Shown: positions 20,825-30,058, counted from the first letter of the stretch. The stretch is DNA of 64,000 nt from Clostridia bacterium (GCA_028692955.1 JAQUWH010000004.1:14407-78406), one strand, 5' to 3'. Notes: generated by a model from the letters alone, not told the origin. Numbers and translations are program-made.

Positions 20825-22210
20825 ATGAAAACAAACAAGAAAGGTATATCACTGATTACGCTCGTTATAACAATTATAGTTGTAATAATATTAGCTGCAG
20901 CAGTGATATTAACACTAAACAATAATAATCCAATAGAAAATGCTAAAGAGGCAACGTTTAAACAAGATGTATCAACCGTACAAGATGATTTAAATATGTA
21001 TGTATCAAATAAGTATGCAAAAACAAACGGAAACTTTGATTTAACAGCGCTTAACTTAAGTGATACAACAAATCCAAAGATAACAGATGAATTAACATCA
21101 GTATCAAATAGTAAATTGAATGGAAAAGTAGAAGTACAAAATGGTAAACTAGTATATACAGGAACAGATGAGACAGAGAAAAAATGGTTTGGAGAAATCA
21201 TTCAAGGTGGAACAACAGGTGGTGGGAACACACCAAGTATGCCTGAGACTACAACTCCACCAACAACTGCAGTAACAGAAAACACAAAATACACTGATGC
21301 AAGTGGTAAAACAGCGGTAATACCAAAAGGATTTAAAGTATCAAGTATAGAAACAGAACAAAGTATAGATGGTGGACTTGTAGTAATTGCGCCGGATGAT
21401 GTTGGAAGTGAGTTTGTATGGGTACCAGTATCAAATGTAGATGATATGATAGAAGTATCAGATACAACAAATCCAACAGATGCAAAAGGTAAGTTATATA
21501 ACTGGTCAAAGGGAACAACTTATGTAGAAGGAACTCTAAATACGGATACAAATTTAAGGGAACCGGATTACTTAGATAACAATGCTTATGATAATAATGC
21601 AACTTATCTAAAACAAATCAATGACATATTAGCAACAAACCTAACCAATGGAGAGGAATTAAAAGCCTTAATGCAAGAAGACTTAAATAACATCTATTCT
21701 AGTGTAAGAGATAACCATGGCTTTTATATAGGAAGATATGAAACAGGGAATTTAAAAGAAACTAAGGTAGTATCAAAAAAAGATAATACTGATATATCAA
21801 ATCAAACATGGTATACAATGTATGCAAAACAGAAGAAGTATGCAAGTGATATATCAAGTGATAGTGTAGAATCAAATATGATATTTGGCTGTCAGTGGGA
21901 TGCAACAATGAGGTTTTTTGCCAATGATTATGTAGTAAATGCAGAGACATATAACGGAGGAAAATCTGCTTATTTTGGAGGTTCAGTAGAAAAAGCAACA
22001 GGAAGTGTAGAACCAGTTAAAAACATCTATGATATGTCAGGAAATGTAGGAGCTTGGACAGCTGAGGCGAACAGCTCCAGTAGCCGTAGCTTTCGTGGAG
22101 GCTATTACTTTTATAGTGCTAGCCCCCGTTATGCGGCTTACCGTGTCAGTACCAATCCGAACGGTTCTACCAGTTTCTATGGCTCTCGTCTTGCGCTTTA
22201 TATAAAGTAG
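20825..22210 (+). CDS. pilin-like N-terminus fused to FGE-sulfatase/C-type-lectin-fold domain (family member 1)
   Basis: The SD is AGGAGG. The N-terminus is MKTNKKGISLITLVITIIVVIILAAAVILTL, followed by a T/P/G-rich linker. FGE-type motifs are SEFVWVPV, GFYIGRYE, GCQWDATMRF, NIYDMSGNVGAWT, RGGYY and GSRLALYIK. Confidence 0.75.
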   Translation: MKTNKKGISLITLVITIIVVIILAAAVILTLNNNNPIENAKEATFKQDVSTVQDDLNMYVSNKYAKTNGNFDLTALNLSDTTNPKITDELTSVSNSKLNGKVEVQNGKLVYTGTDETEKKWFGEIIQGGTTGGGNTPSMPETTTPPTTAVTENTKYTDASGKTAVIPKGFKVSSIETEQSIDGGLVVIAPDDVGSEFVWVPVSNVDDMIEVSDTTNPTDAKGKLYNWSKGTTYVEGTLNTDTNLREPDYLDNNAYDNNATYLKQINDILATNLTNGEELKALMQEDLNNIYSSVRDNHGFYIGRYETGNLKETKVVSKKDNTDISNQTWYTMYAKQKKYASDISSDSVESNMIFGCQWDATMRFFANDYVVNAETYNGGKSAYFGGSVEKATGSVEPVKNIYDMSGNVGAWTAEANSSSSRSFRGGYYFYSASPRYAAYRVSTNPNGSTSFYGSRLALYIK

Positions 22211-22439
22211 CACTGTCCACTGTTTGCTAAATTATAATTTAGTTGAACAGCCATGGAGACTGTATAGGAATGCATGATGATAAACTATTGATAATAGAAA
22301 GATAACTGTGTAAATGCAAAATGAATTGAACTGCACAGTTATTTTGCCGTATAAGTAGTGTTGTGTGTGTATTTTTGTAATATTTTTTTAACAAAATAGA
22401 AAAAGAAAACATAAAAGTGTAAAAATGCCATGAAATTGC

Positions 22440-22468
22440 TTGACTTTTAATTCTCCTTATGGTAAAAT
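22440..22468 (+). promoter_or_regulatory. sigma-A-type promoter for rpmG-secE-nusG
   Basis: TTGACT (22440-22445), 17-nt spacer, TGgTAAAAT (22460-22468). Confidence 0.55.
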
Positions 22469-22511
22469 TAACTAGCATACATGATTGAACTTAAGTGGAG
22501 GTGTATTGTAA

Positions 22512-22661
22512 ATGAGAGAAAATATAACATTAGCTTGTACTGATTGTAAACAAAGAAATTACGAGACAAGTAAAAATAAAAGGAATAATCCTGATAGAAT
22601 AGAAGTTGAAAAATTCTGCAAATTTTGTGGAAAACATACAACACACAAAGAAACAAAATAG
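22512..22661 (+). CDS. rpmG: 50S ribosomal protein L33
   Basis: Not in the ORF track (49 aa). Sequence [58 protein letters not shown], conserved position before secE. Confidence 0.9.
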   Translation: MRENITLACTDCKQRNYETSKNKRNNPDRIEVEKFCKFCGKHTTHKETK

Positions 22662-22678
22662 TTAGGAGTTGACTTGTT

Positions 22679-22876
22679 ATGGTAAAGGGTTTTATTAAGG
22701 GTGTAAAAGCTGAACTTAAAAAAGTAGTATGGCCTACTAAAAAGCAACTGATTAATAATACAGTTTTAGTTGTAGCTCTTGTATTGGCATTTTCAGTGAT
22801 TGTACTAGGTGCTGATATGATATTAGAATTCTGTGATGAAAAATTATGGAATGTTATTAGAAATGCAATTGGCTAA
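22679..22876 (+). CDS. secE: preprotein translocase subunit SecE
   Basis: 65 aa, single TM, motif ELKKVVWPTKKQL. Synteny rpmG-secE-nusG. Confidence 0.9.
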   Translation: MVKGFIKGVKAELKKVVWPTKKQLINNTVLVVALVLAFSVIVLGADMILEFCDEKLWNVIRNAIG

Positions 22877-22910
22877 AACTATGATGTTTAATGTGAGGAG
22901 TTGATGAATA

Positions 22911-23465
22911 GTGGCAAACGAGAATGTTTCCGAAGAAAATGAAGAAAATATTGAAGATTTATCACATTGGTATGTAGTTTATACTTATTCTGGTTATGAG
23001 AATAAAGTAAAAGCAACTTTAGAAAAAATAGTAGAAAACAGAGGAATACAAGATAAAATTCAAGAAATTATTATTCCTATGGAAGAAGAAATTGAGATTA
23101 AAGATGGGAAACAAAAGACATCCATCAAAAAAGTATTTCCAGGTTATGTACTAGTAAAAATGATAATGAACGATGAAACATGGTATGTTGTAAAAAATAT
23201 AAAAGGTGTATTTAATTTTGTTGGAATTGGTGATAAACCAATGCCACTTACTGAAAAGGAAATGCAAAGTCTAGGAATAGACAGTTTGGTAAATGTTGAC
23301 TTTGAAGTGGGAGACAGTGTTAGAATTACAACAGAACCTTTTTACAACTATCCAGCGATTATTGAAGAAATATTTAAAGATAAAAAAAGGGTTAAAGTGA
23401 AAGTTTCAATGTTTGGTAGAGAAACAACTGTTGATCTTGAATTTAACCAAATACAAAAAATTTAG
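22911..23465 (+). CDS. nusG: transcription termination/antitermination factor NusG
   Basis: NGN domain HWYVVYTYSGYENKV and a KOW motif near the C-terminus. GTG start after the SD GAGGAG. Confidence 0.95.
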   Translation: MANENVSEENEENIEDLSHWYVVYTYSGYENKVKATLEKIVENRGIQDKIQEIIIPMEEEIEIKDGKQKTSIKKVFPGYVLVKMIMNDETWYVVKNIKGVFNFVGIGDKPMPLTEKEMQSLGIDSLVNVDFEVGDSVRITTEPFYNYPAIIEEIFKDKKRVKVKVSMFGRETTVDLEFNQIQKI

Positions 23466-23525
23466 TATGCAATATATTCATATATTTAGATAAGTGATAA
23501 TCCTATATTCAAGGGGGTGAAAAAG

Positions 23526-23954
23526 ATGGCTGAAAAGAAAATAACTCATGTTGTTAAATTACAAATTCAAGCTGGTAAAGCTAATCCAGCACCACCAGTA
23601 GGACCTGCTTTAGGACCAACTGGTATCAATATAATGCAATTTTGTAAAGATTTTAACGAAAAAACAGCAAAGGATGCAGGTATGGTATTCCCAGTGATTT
23701 TAACAGTTTATGCTGATAAAACATTTGAATTCATATTAAAAACTCCACCAGCTGCCGTTTTATTAAAACAAGCAGCTAAGATAGAGAAAGCATCAGGCAA
23801 ACCACATAAAGAAAAAGTGGGAAATGTAACAACTGCTCAAGTAGAAGAAATTGCAAAAATGAAAATGAAAGATCTAAACGCATCATCTTTAGAATCTGCA
23901 GTATCTGTTATCAAAGGTACAGCAAGATCAATGGGGATCACCGTTATAGATTAA
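23526..23954 (+). CDS. rplK: 50S ribosomal protein L11
   Basis: [20 protein letters not shown] motif. The ATG at 23526 follows the SD AAGGGGG. Confidence 0.95.
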   Translation: MAEKKITHVVKLQIQAGKANPAPPVGPALGPTGINIMQFCKDFNEKTAKDAGMVFPVILTVYADKTFEFILKTPPAAVLLKQAAKIEKASGKPHKEKVGNVTTAQVEEIAKMKMKDLNASSLESAVSVIKGTARSMGITVID

Positions 23955-24007
23955 TTGTGGGAGAATATTACAGATATTCGTTATGACCAAAAGGAGGGAA
24001 ATAGAAA

Positions 24008-24688
24008 ATGAGCAAAAGAATGAATGAAGCTGCTAAATTAGTAGAGCCAGGAAAACTTTATGATGCAAAAGAAGCAATTGAAATTGCACTTAAAATGCCT
24101 AAAGCTAAATTTGATGAAACTTTAGAAATGCATATTAAATTAGGTGTTGATTCAAAGCAAGCTGATCAACAAGTTAGAGGCGTTATGGTATTACCTAACG
24201 GAACTGGTAAATCTAAAAAAGTGTTAGTTCTAGCTAAAGGGGATAAAGCAACTCAAGCAAAAGAAGCAGGAGCTGATTTTGTTGGAGATGACGATATGAT
24301 CGAAAAAATCCAAAAAGAAAATTGGTTTGAGTATGATGTTATCGTTGCTACACCTGATATGATGGCATCACTTGGAAAAGTTGCAAGAATTTTAGGACCA
24401 AAAGGCCTTATGCCAAATCCTAAATCTGGAACAGTAACTGTTGATGTAACAAAAGCAGTAAGCGAAATCAAAGCTGGTAAGATTGAATATAGATTAGATA
24501 AAACTAATATAATTCACTGCCCAATTGGTAAAGTATCTTTCGGATACGATAAACTAAAAGAAAACTTTGATGCATTACTTGAAACAGTTATTAAAGTGAA
24601 ACCAGCTGCAGCTAAAGGAACATATTTAAAATCTATTGCTATATCAACAACAATGGGTGCTGGTATAAAAATAAACCCTAGACAGTAG
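24008..24688 (+). CDS. rplA: 50S ribosomal protein L1
   Basis: 226 aa with full-length L1 resemblance ([37 protein letters not shown]). Confidence 0.95.
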   Translation: MSKRMNEAAKLVEPGKLYDAKEAIEIALKMPKAKFDETLEMHIKLGVDSKQADQQVRGVMVLPNGTGKSKKVLVLAKGDKATQAKEAGADFVGDDDMIEKIQKENWFEYDVIVATPDMMASLGKVARILGPKGLMPNPKSGTVTVDVTKAVSEIKAGKIEYRLDKTNIIHCPIGKVSFGYDKLKENFDALLETVIKVKPAAAKGTYLKSIAISTTMGAGIKINPRQ

Positions 24689-24806
24689 GTGGAGTAATCC
24701 ATAATTCCTACCGAGGTTAAAATATTGAACGGAATGTAATTCTTGTTTGACATTTACCTTGGTAGTGTCTGGCAAGAATTTTATAGTTTAAGGGGGTGTA
24801 CTAAAA
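24689..24806 (+). promoter_or_regulatory. candidate ribosomal protein L10 leader (autoregulatory 5' UTR of rplJL)
   Basis: The 118-nt rplA-rplJ spacer has complementary segments CTACCGAGGT/ACCTTGGTAG and AATTCTTG/CAAGAATT. Its position matches the Firmicutes L10 leader. No covariance model was run. Confidence 0.45.
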
Positions 24807-25307
24807 GTGCCAAGTAAAAAAATATTAGAAGAAAAACAAAACAAAGTCCAAGAATTAGCTGAAAAATTTAAAAAAGCTAAAATGATCATACTAACTGAAT
24901 ATAGAGGAATTAGTGTTGAGGATGATACAAAATTACGTTCAACTATTAGAACAAATGGAGACGAATATGGCGTATACAAGAATTCAGTAATTACTCACGC
25001 AGCAAAAGAAGCTGGAATCGAAGGGTTAGAAAACCTTGAAGGACCAACAGCTGTCGTAGTTGGCTATGAAGATTATGTAGCACCTGCAAAAGCAATCAAT
25101 GATTATGCAAAAGCAAATGATTTTTATACAATAAAATCTGGTGTTATGGATGGAAAAATGGTAAGTGCTTCTGAAGTAAAGAAACTTGCAAATCTACCAT
25201 CAAAAGAAACATTATATGCAATGCTTGCATCTGCATTACTTGGAAATATACGTAATTTTGCAGTTGTTATTGATCAAGTTAGACAAAAACAAGAAGAAAA
25301 TGCGTAA
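24807..25307 (+). CDS. rplJ: 50S ribosomal protein L10
   Basis: 166 aa. GTG start after the SD AAGGGGG. L10 resemblance and synteny. Confidence 0.95.
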   Translation: MPSKKILEEKQNKVQELAEKFKKAKMIILTEYRGISVEDDTKLRSTIRTNGDEYGVYKNSVITHAAKEAGIEGLENLEGPTAVVVGYEDYVAPAKAINDYAKANDFYTIKSGVMDGKMVSASEVKKLANLPSKETLYAMLASALLGNIRNFAVVIDQVRQKQEENA

Positions 25308-25354
25308 ATAATTAAAAGCTAAAAATTTTTTATGATTTTAAGGAGGAAAATAAA

Positions 25355-25726
25355 ATGGAAAAAATCGAAAAAATAGTTGAAGAAGTTGAAAAGTTATCTG
25401 TAATCGAACTTGCTGATTTAGTAAAAGCAATCGAAGAAAAATTTGGAGTAAGTGCTGCTGCTGCGGTTGTAGCTGCTGGACCAGTTGCTGGTGGAGCTGC
25501 TGCAGAAGAAGAACAAACTGAATTTACAGTAGTATTAAAAGAAGCTGGAGCTACTAAAATAGCTGTTATAAAAGCAGTTAGAGAAGCTACAGGATTAGGA
25601 TTAAAAGAAGCTAAAGATTTAGTTGATGCTGCACCTGGAACAGTAAAAGAAAATATGCCTAAAGAAGATGCAGACAAACTAGTAGAAGCTTTAAAAGCTG
25701 CTGGAGCAACTGTAGAACTTAAATAA
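25355..25726 (+). CDS. rplL: 50S ribosomal protein L7/L12
   Basis: Ala-rich hinge and C-terminal domain [12 protein letters not shown]...KEDA..L...L...GA.VELK. Confidence 0.95.
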   Translation: MEKIEKIVEEVEKLSVIELADLVKAIEEKFGVSAAAAVVAAGPVAGGAAAEEEQTEFTVVLKEAGATKIAVIKAVREATGLGLKEAKDLVDAAPGTVKENMPKEDADKLVEALKAAGATVELK

Positions 25727-25741
25727 TAATATGTAATATAA

Positions 25742-25772
25742 AATGGAATGGTTATGCTGTTCCATTTTTTTT
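25742..25772 (+). terminator. rho-independent terminator after rplL
   Basis: Stem AATGGAA/TTCCATT followed by a T-run of 8 or more. Confidence 0.75.
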
Positions 25773-25844
25773 ATAGAAAAAATGCAGGTATTATGTATAA
25801 CATCTTTAAAAACAAAATGATTTATGGTATAATAAATAATGTAT

Positions 25845-26200
25845 GGGGGTGTAAGGTTTCGACAGATATCCAGAAATACAAATAGCGAGTAGTGGATTCT
25901 CGTTGGCCACTATAAAAACGAGAACTAAATTTTAAACGCAGATAGAAATGAATTTGCATTAGCTGCCTAGTTGGTAGCTTGTCTTACTATTTTTTGCTAG
26001 AGGGGATAGAAAGGCATCGATTTATCTAGCTAACGAATCTAACTGATCGTTTTAAGGTTAGTGGGTATTTTAAAACGATAGGATAACATATTTTTGTAAA
26101 TGTTTCAGTGTTATTCTATTAAAGCAAACATTTACTGCACTCGGAGAATTTTGTATGAAAGGATTTTTGGACACGAGTTCAATTCTCGTCACCTCCACCA
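25845..26200 (+). ncRNA. ssrA: tmRNA (SsrA)
   Basis: The 5' end is GGGGGTGTAAGGTTTCGAC. The 3' end is GGACACGAGTTCAATTCTCGTCACCTCCACCA, with a tRNA-Ala-like acceptor (G3:U pair) and T-arm. The tag frame GCA GAT AGA AAT GAA TTT GCA TTA GCT GCC TAG (25938-25970) encodes ADRNEFALAA. An extended -10 TGgTATAAT lies at 25825-25833. Confidence 0.9.
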
Positions 26201-26404
26201 TAATAAATAAGTAGTGTTCATAGTAGTAAGAAGCAATGGTTATGATAGATGAAATTTAAAAAACGTCATGAATGTGTTAAAAAATAAATCAAATATAAGA
26301 GATGAGAAAAAAATTGGAAACAGTAGAGGCTGACTTTTCTGTTATATAGAATTTTAGAATTAGAAAATTTGAATTGTAAAGAAACAATAAGTAAAGATGT
26401 ATCT

Positions 26405-26597
26405 ATGATGAATATGAATGAACTAATTGAATATATTACTAATCTTATAAGCGATATATGGAAAGTACATCCTTTCAGAAAATGAAAATACGAGAACTAT
26501 AATATTATTTATATACAAATATCTACAAAATAATAGCAATAAAATTAATAAAGAATATTTAAAGAATGTAATAAAGGATTCCTTATTTAATCTTTAG
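26405..26597 (+). pseudogene. possible degenerate, frameshifted Fic/DOC-domain remnant
   Basis: MMNMNELIEYITNLISDIWKVHPFRK stops at a TGA (26483). The +1 frame continues ENENTRTIILFIYKYLQNN.... This resembles the HPFx(D/E)GNGR core plus the following helix, but the GNGR residues are degenerate. Confidence 0.35.
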
Positions 26598-26675
26598 GAA
26601 GAAGTATATTGAATTGAGTAAATTATAAGTTTTGCTTATATGTTGCAATATCAAAATATAAAGTGGGGTAATGTT

Positions 26676-27566
26676 ATGAAAAAGAGAAGTATAATTATTG
26701 TTGTATTTGCTATCCTTATCGTTTTAATGTCACTGCTATTTTTGTATATTACAGCTAATAATAAAACAACATATACATTAAATATTCCTGTGATAAGTGA
26801 CACGTCCAATGTGATTATATCATCAGATAATAGAAAAGTTGAATTTAATAAACAAGTAGATATCAAAGAAATCATAAATGTGCTTGCTTCTCATAATAGG
26901 ACGACAAAAATAGAAAGTATTCAGGATTTTCCTATCAATGCTACTAAAGTGATTACCATAACTATTTCTCATAAAGTAGGTGGAAAATCTACATTATATG
27001 TGTATGAAAAAAATAGTAAATTTTATATTGAGCAACCATATAATGGTATCTATGAACTATCAGCAGACGAGTATAACTTTGTTAATAATGTATTAAACGG
27101 AAGCAATGTAGGGTTAGATTTTTATTATAATGATGAGCTTTCAAAAGGATATTTTGATATCAAAGAAATAAGGTCAGATTATTCCATTGAAGATGCTATC
27201 AAAGATAACTGCTTTGTTGTAAACCATGCTAAAGTATATAATGAAAATTTATATGAAGAGTTTATGAATAAGTATAAAAGTAAGCAATCTGCATTTTTAA
27301 GGCTGGTTCAACCAACCGTTGAAGGTGATTTAATTATTTATGATATTAAATATCATGCTGATATACAAAAAGTAATTATTGTTATTGATAATACTCGTGA
27401 TAAGTTTACGACATCTACAGATAGAATCATCTCTTTACAAGAATACGATGAAATAGGAACATATAAATACAAAGATAATGAATATTTAATTGTGTATAAT
27501 GGTGAAGTAAATGATACTAATTTCGAATCAGGTAACAATGTATTCGTATTAACAGTAGTGAATTAA
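26676..27566 (+). CDS. membrane-anchored hypothetical protein
   Basis: MKKRSIIIVVFAILIVLMSLLFLYI signal-anchor and two extracytoplasmic halves. No confident family assignment. Confidence 0.7.
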   Translation: MKKRSIIIVVFAILIVLMSLLFLYITANNKTTYTLNIPVISDTSNVIISSDNRKVEFNKQVDIKEIINVLASHNRTTKIESIQDFPINATKVITITISHKVGGKSTLYVYEKNSKFYIEQPYNGIYELSADEYNFVNNVLNGSNVGLDFYYNDELSKGYFDIKEIRSDYSIEDAIKDNCFVVNHAKVYNENLYEEFMNKYKSKQSAFLRLVQPTVEGDLIIYDIKYHADIQKVIIVIDNTRDKFTTSTDRIISLQEYDEIGTYKYKDNEYLIVYNGEVNDTNFESGNNVFVLTVVN

Positions 27567-27586
27567 TTCATATTAGGAGGGGAAAA

Positions 27587-28969
27587 GTGGCAGCAACAAA
27601 TACAGTATTTTTTTGTAAAGAATGTGGTTATGAATCAGCAAAATGGCTAGGTAAATGTCCTGGATGTAATAACTGGAATAGTTTTGTTGAAGAAAAAGTA
27701 CAAAAAAAGTTAGGTGTTAAATCTGCAAAAGGATTTTCTACTACATTTGATAATAAATCAGAAGTGAAAAAATTAAATGATATTACTGTTGGTAAAACGG
27801 TAAGAATTCACACAGGTTATGAAGAATTAGATAGAGTGTTTGGATCTGGTATTGTCGAAGGTTCTCTTACGTTAATTGGTGGAGAGCCAGGTATTGGTAA
27901 ATCAACTTTGATTATGCAAGTATGTGGTAATCTTTCTAAAACTGGTAAAGTGCTGTATGTATCTGGTGAAGAGTCAGAAGTACAAGTAAAGATCCGTGCG
28001 GATCGATTAAAAATTACTTCTAATGATATTTATTTCTTAAGTGAAACGAATATATCTGAAATAGAGAATAAAATTCAAACAGTAGAACCAAAATTTTGTA
28101 TCATTGATTCTATACAAACAATGTATGATGAAGATATATCTTCTGTGCCAGGAAGTATATCGCAAGTAAAAGAGGTAACGGCAAGGCTTATGTATCTTGC
28201 TAAAAGACAAGGCTTAACCGTTATTGTGATAGGGCATGTTACAAAAGATGGTGTAATAGCAGGACCAAGAATACTTGAACATATGGTAGATGTTGTTTTG
28301 TATATAGAGGGGGAGAGATTCTTTTCTCATAGAATTATTAGAGGCGTGAAAAATAGATTTGGCTCAACCAATGAAATTGGAATTTTTGATATGGAAGATG
28401 TCGGTATGGTAGAAGTATCGAATATGTCAGAGGTATTTTTAAGCGATACAAATGCTAACTTACCGGGAACTTCTATTGTTGCAACATTAGAAGGTACTTC
28501 TACAATATTACTGGAAGTGCAAGCTTTAACGGCACATTCGTACTATAACATGCCAAGACGTGTATCAAATGGTGTTGATTTTAATAGAGTTAATATGATA
28601 CTAGCTGTATTGGAGAAGAAATGTAACATTAATTTAGGAGAAAAAGACATTTATGTTAATGTTATTGGCGGAATTAAAATTGATGAACCAGCGGCAGATT
28701 TGGCCATTGCGATGGCCATTATATCAAGTTATAAAAATATGACAAACGACCCTAAAACAGTGTTTATTGGTGAAGTAGGACTAACTGGTGAGATAAGAAG
28801 TGTTACTAACTTTGAAAAGAGAGTAAGAGAAATATCAAAACTTGGTTACAGTAAAATAATTGGAAATAGAAGGCAAGTAGAAATGTTGAAGAAAGATGTA
28901 GCTGATTTAAGAGTAGAATTAATAGGAATTAATACTATCGATCAAGCAATTTCATATACATTAAAGTAA
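27587..28969 (+). CDS. radA: DNA repair protein RadA (Sms)
   Basis: N-terminal zinc finger CKECGYESAKWLGKCPGC, Walker A GGEPGIGKST, KNRFG motif, Lon-like C-terminal domain. GTG start after the SD GGAGGGG. Confidence 0.95.
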   Translation: MAATNTVFFCKECGYESAKWLGKCPGCNNWNSFVEEKVQKKLGVKSAKGFSTTFDNKSEVKKLNDITVGKTVRIHTGYEELDRVFGSGIVEGSLTLIGGEPGIGKSTLIMQVCGNLSKTGKVLYVSGEESEVQVKIRADRLKITSNDIYFLSETNISEIENKIQTVEPKFCIIDSIQTMYDEDISSVPGSISQVKEVTARLMYLAKRQGLTVIVIGHVTKDGVIAGPRILEHMVDVVLYIEGERFFSHRIIRGVKNRFGSTNEIGIFDMEDVGMVEVSNMSEVFLSDTNANLPGTSIVATLEGTSTILLEVQALTAHSYYNMPRRVSNGVDFNRVNMILAVLEKKCNINLGEKDIYVNVIGGIKIDEPAADLAIAMAIISSYKNMTNDPKTVFIGEVGLTGEIRSVTNFEKRVREISKLGYSKIIGNRRQVEMLKKDVADLRVELIGINTIDQAISYTLK

Positions 28970-28984
28970 AGGATGGTGTAAAAT

Positions 28985-30058
28985 ATGGAGCAAGAACAAA
29001 TATTAGAATTGCTAAAACTAGTGGCCCCTGGTACAGTATTAAGAGAGGGACTAGACAATATATTAAGAGCAAAGACTGGTGCTTTAATTGTCGTATCTGG
29101 TGAAAAAGAGGTAATGAATATAGCAGATGGGGGATTTAAACTTGATTTAGATTTTACACCAGCAAGTATTTATGAATTATCTAAAATGGATGGTGCAATT
29201 GTGGTAAGCAAAGATATCAAGAAAGTCTTGATGGCAAATGTACAACTTGTACCAGATCATAGCATTAAAACGATAGAAACCGGAACAAGACATAGAACAG
29301 CAGAACGTGTGGCAAAACAGACAAACGAATTAGTTATTTGTATCTCACAAAGAAGAGGAATTATTACTATCTTTAAAGGTGATTTTAGATATGTATTAAA
29401 TGACATTTCTATGGTGGTAACAAGAGCAAATCAAACACTGGTAGCACTTGAAAAGTACAAAGCAGTATTTGATCATATGTTAAGCATCTTAAGTGAACAT
29501 GAATTTGATGATATCGTTTCGCTTGAAACGGTAACAAATTGTATCTATCGTAGTGAAAGCATCATGAGAATGGAACCAGAAGTAAAACGTAGTATTGTGG
29601 AACTTGGTAGTGAAGGTAGACTAATTAATATGCAACTTGAAGAAATTATGGCAAATGTAGAATCTGAAGAAAAGAAAATTATACAAGATTATATGATTAT
29701 CAAAAAAAGAAGTAATAAAAATGAGGAAACCATATTAAGTGAAATTAGAAAACTAGACAAAAAAAATTTACTGATTTCTGAAAAAATAATTCGTTTACTT
29801 GGTTATGAAATTACACCAAATATTTTAGATTATAACGTATCACCAAAAGGATATAGAATCCTTAGCAAAGTACCTAAAATGCCTGCGTATGTTATTGAAA
29901 AAACAATTGAAGAATTTACATCATTACAAGGAATATGCGCTGCTACAATTGAAGAACTTGATGAGGTAGAAGGTATCGGTGAAATAAGAGCACGAATTCT
30001 AAATCAATCTTTGCGTAGGTTACAAGAGCAGTATTTACTAAAAGGTTATACGATATAG
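28985..30058 (+). CDS. disA: DNA integrity scanning protein DisA (diadenylate cyclase)
   Basis: DAC domain motifs GALIVV, DGAIVV and GTRHRTAERV. C-terminal HhH (EVEGIGEIRA). Synteny with radA. Confidence 0.95.
   Translation: MEQEQILELLKLVAPGTVLREGLDNILRAKTGALIVVSGEKEVMNIADGGFKLDLDFTPASIYELSKMDGAIVVSKDIKKVLMANVQLVPDHSIKTIETGTRHRTAERVAKQTNELVICISQRRGIITIFKGDFRYVLNDISMVVTRANQTLVALEKYKAVFDHMLSILSEHEFDDIVSLETVTNCIYRSESIMRMEPEVKRSIVELGSEGRLINMQLEEIMANVESEEKKIIQDYMIIKKRSNKNEETILSEIRKLDKKNLLISEKIIRLLGYEITPNILDYNVSPKGYRILSKVPKMPAYVIEKTIEEFTSLQGICAATIEELDEVEGIGEIRARILNQSLRRLQEQYLLKGYTI

Noticed and set aside
22228-22243. The perfect 16-nt palindrome CTAAATTATAATTTAG just after the stop of the solitary FGE gene, considered as a DGR homing hairpin/cruciform.
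   Set aside because: It is purely AT and lacks the GC-rich stem and short loop typical of described DGR cruciform elements. Such AT palindromes are frequent in this genome's spacers.
20514-22511. A complete diversity-generating retroelement cassette (reverse transcriptase, Avd, template repeat) next to the VR-like segment.
   Set aside because: No ORF in the window has RT motifs (no YxDD-type core). No second copy of the 22061-22200 sequence is visible in the flanks or elsewhere in the 64 kb. Only the VR-like signature itself is reported, as a hypothesis.
25330-25677. A 115-aa antisense ORF opposite rplL, and similar shadow ORFs (for example 20767-21201, 24253-24471, 56329-56586, 61764-62153 and 63524-63772).
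   Set aside because: Each lies entirely within, and antisense to, a strongly supported gene, or in the case of 63524-63772 the truncated membrane-protein gene starting at 63560. Their Ser/Ala/Leu-rich translations are typical of shadow frames.
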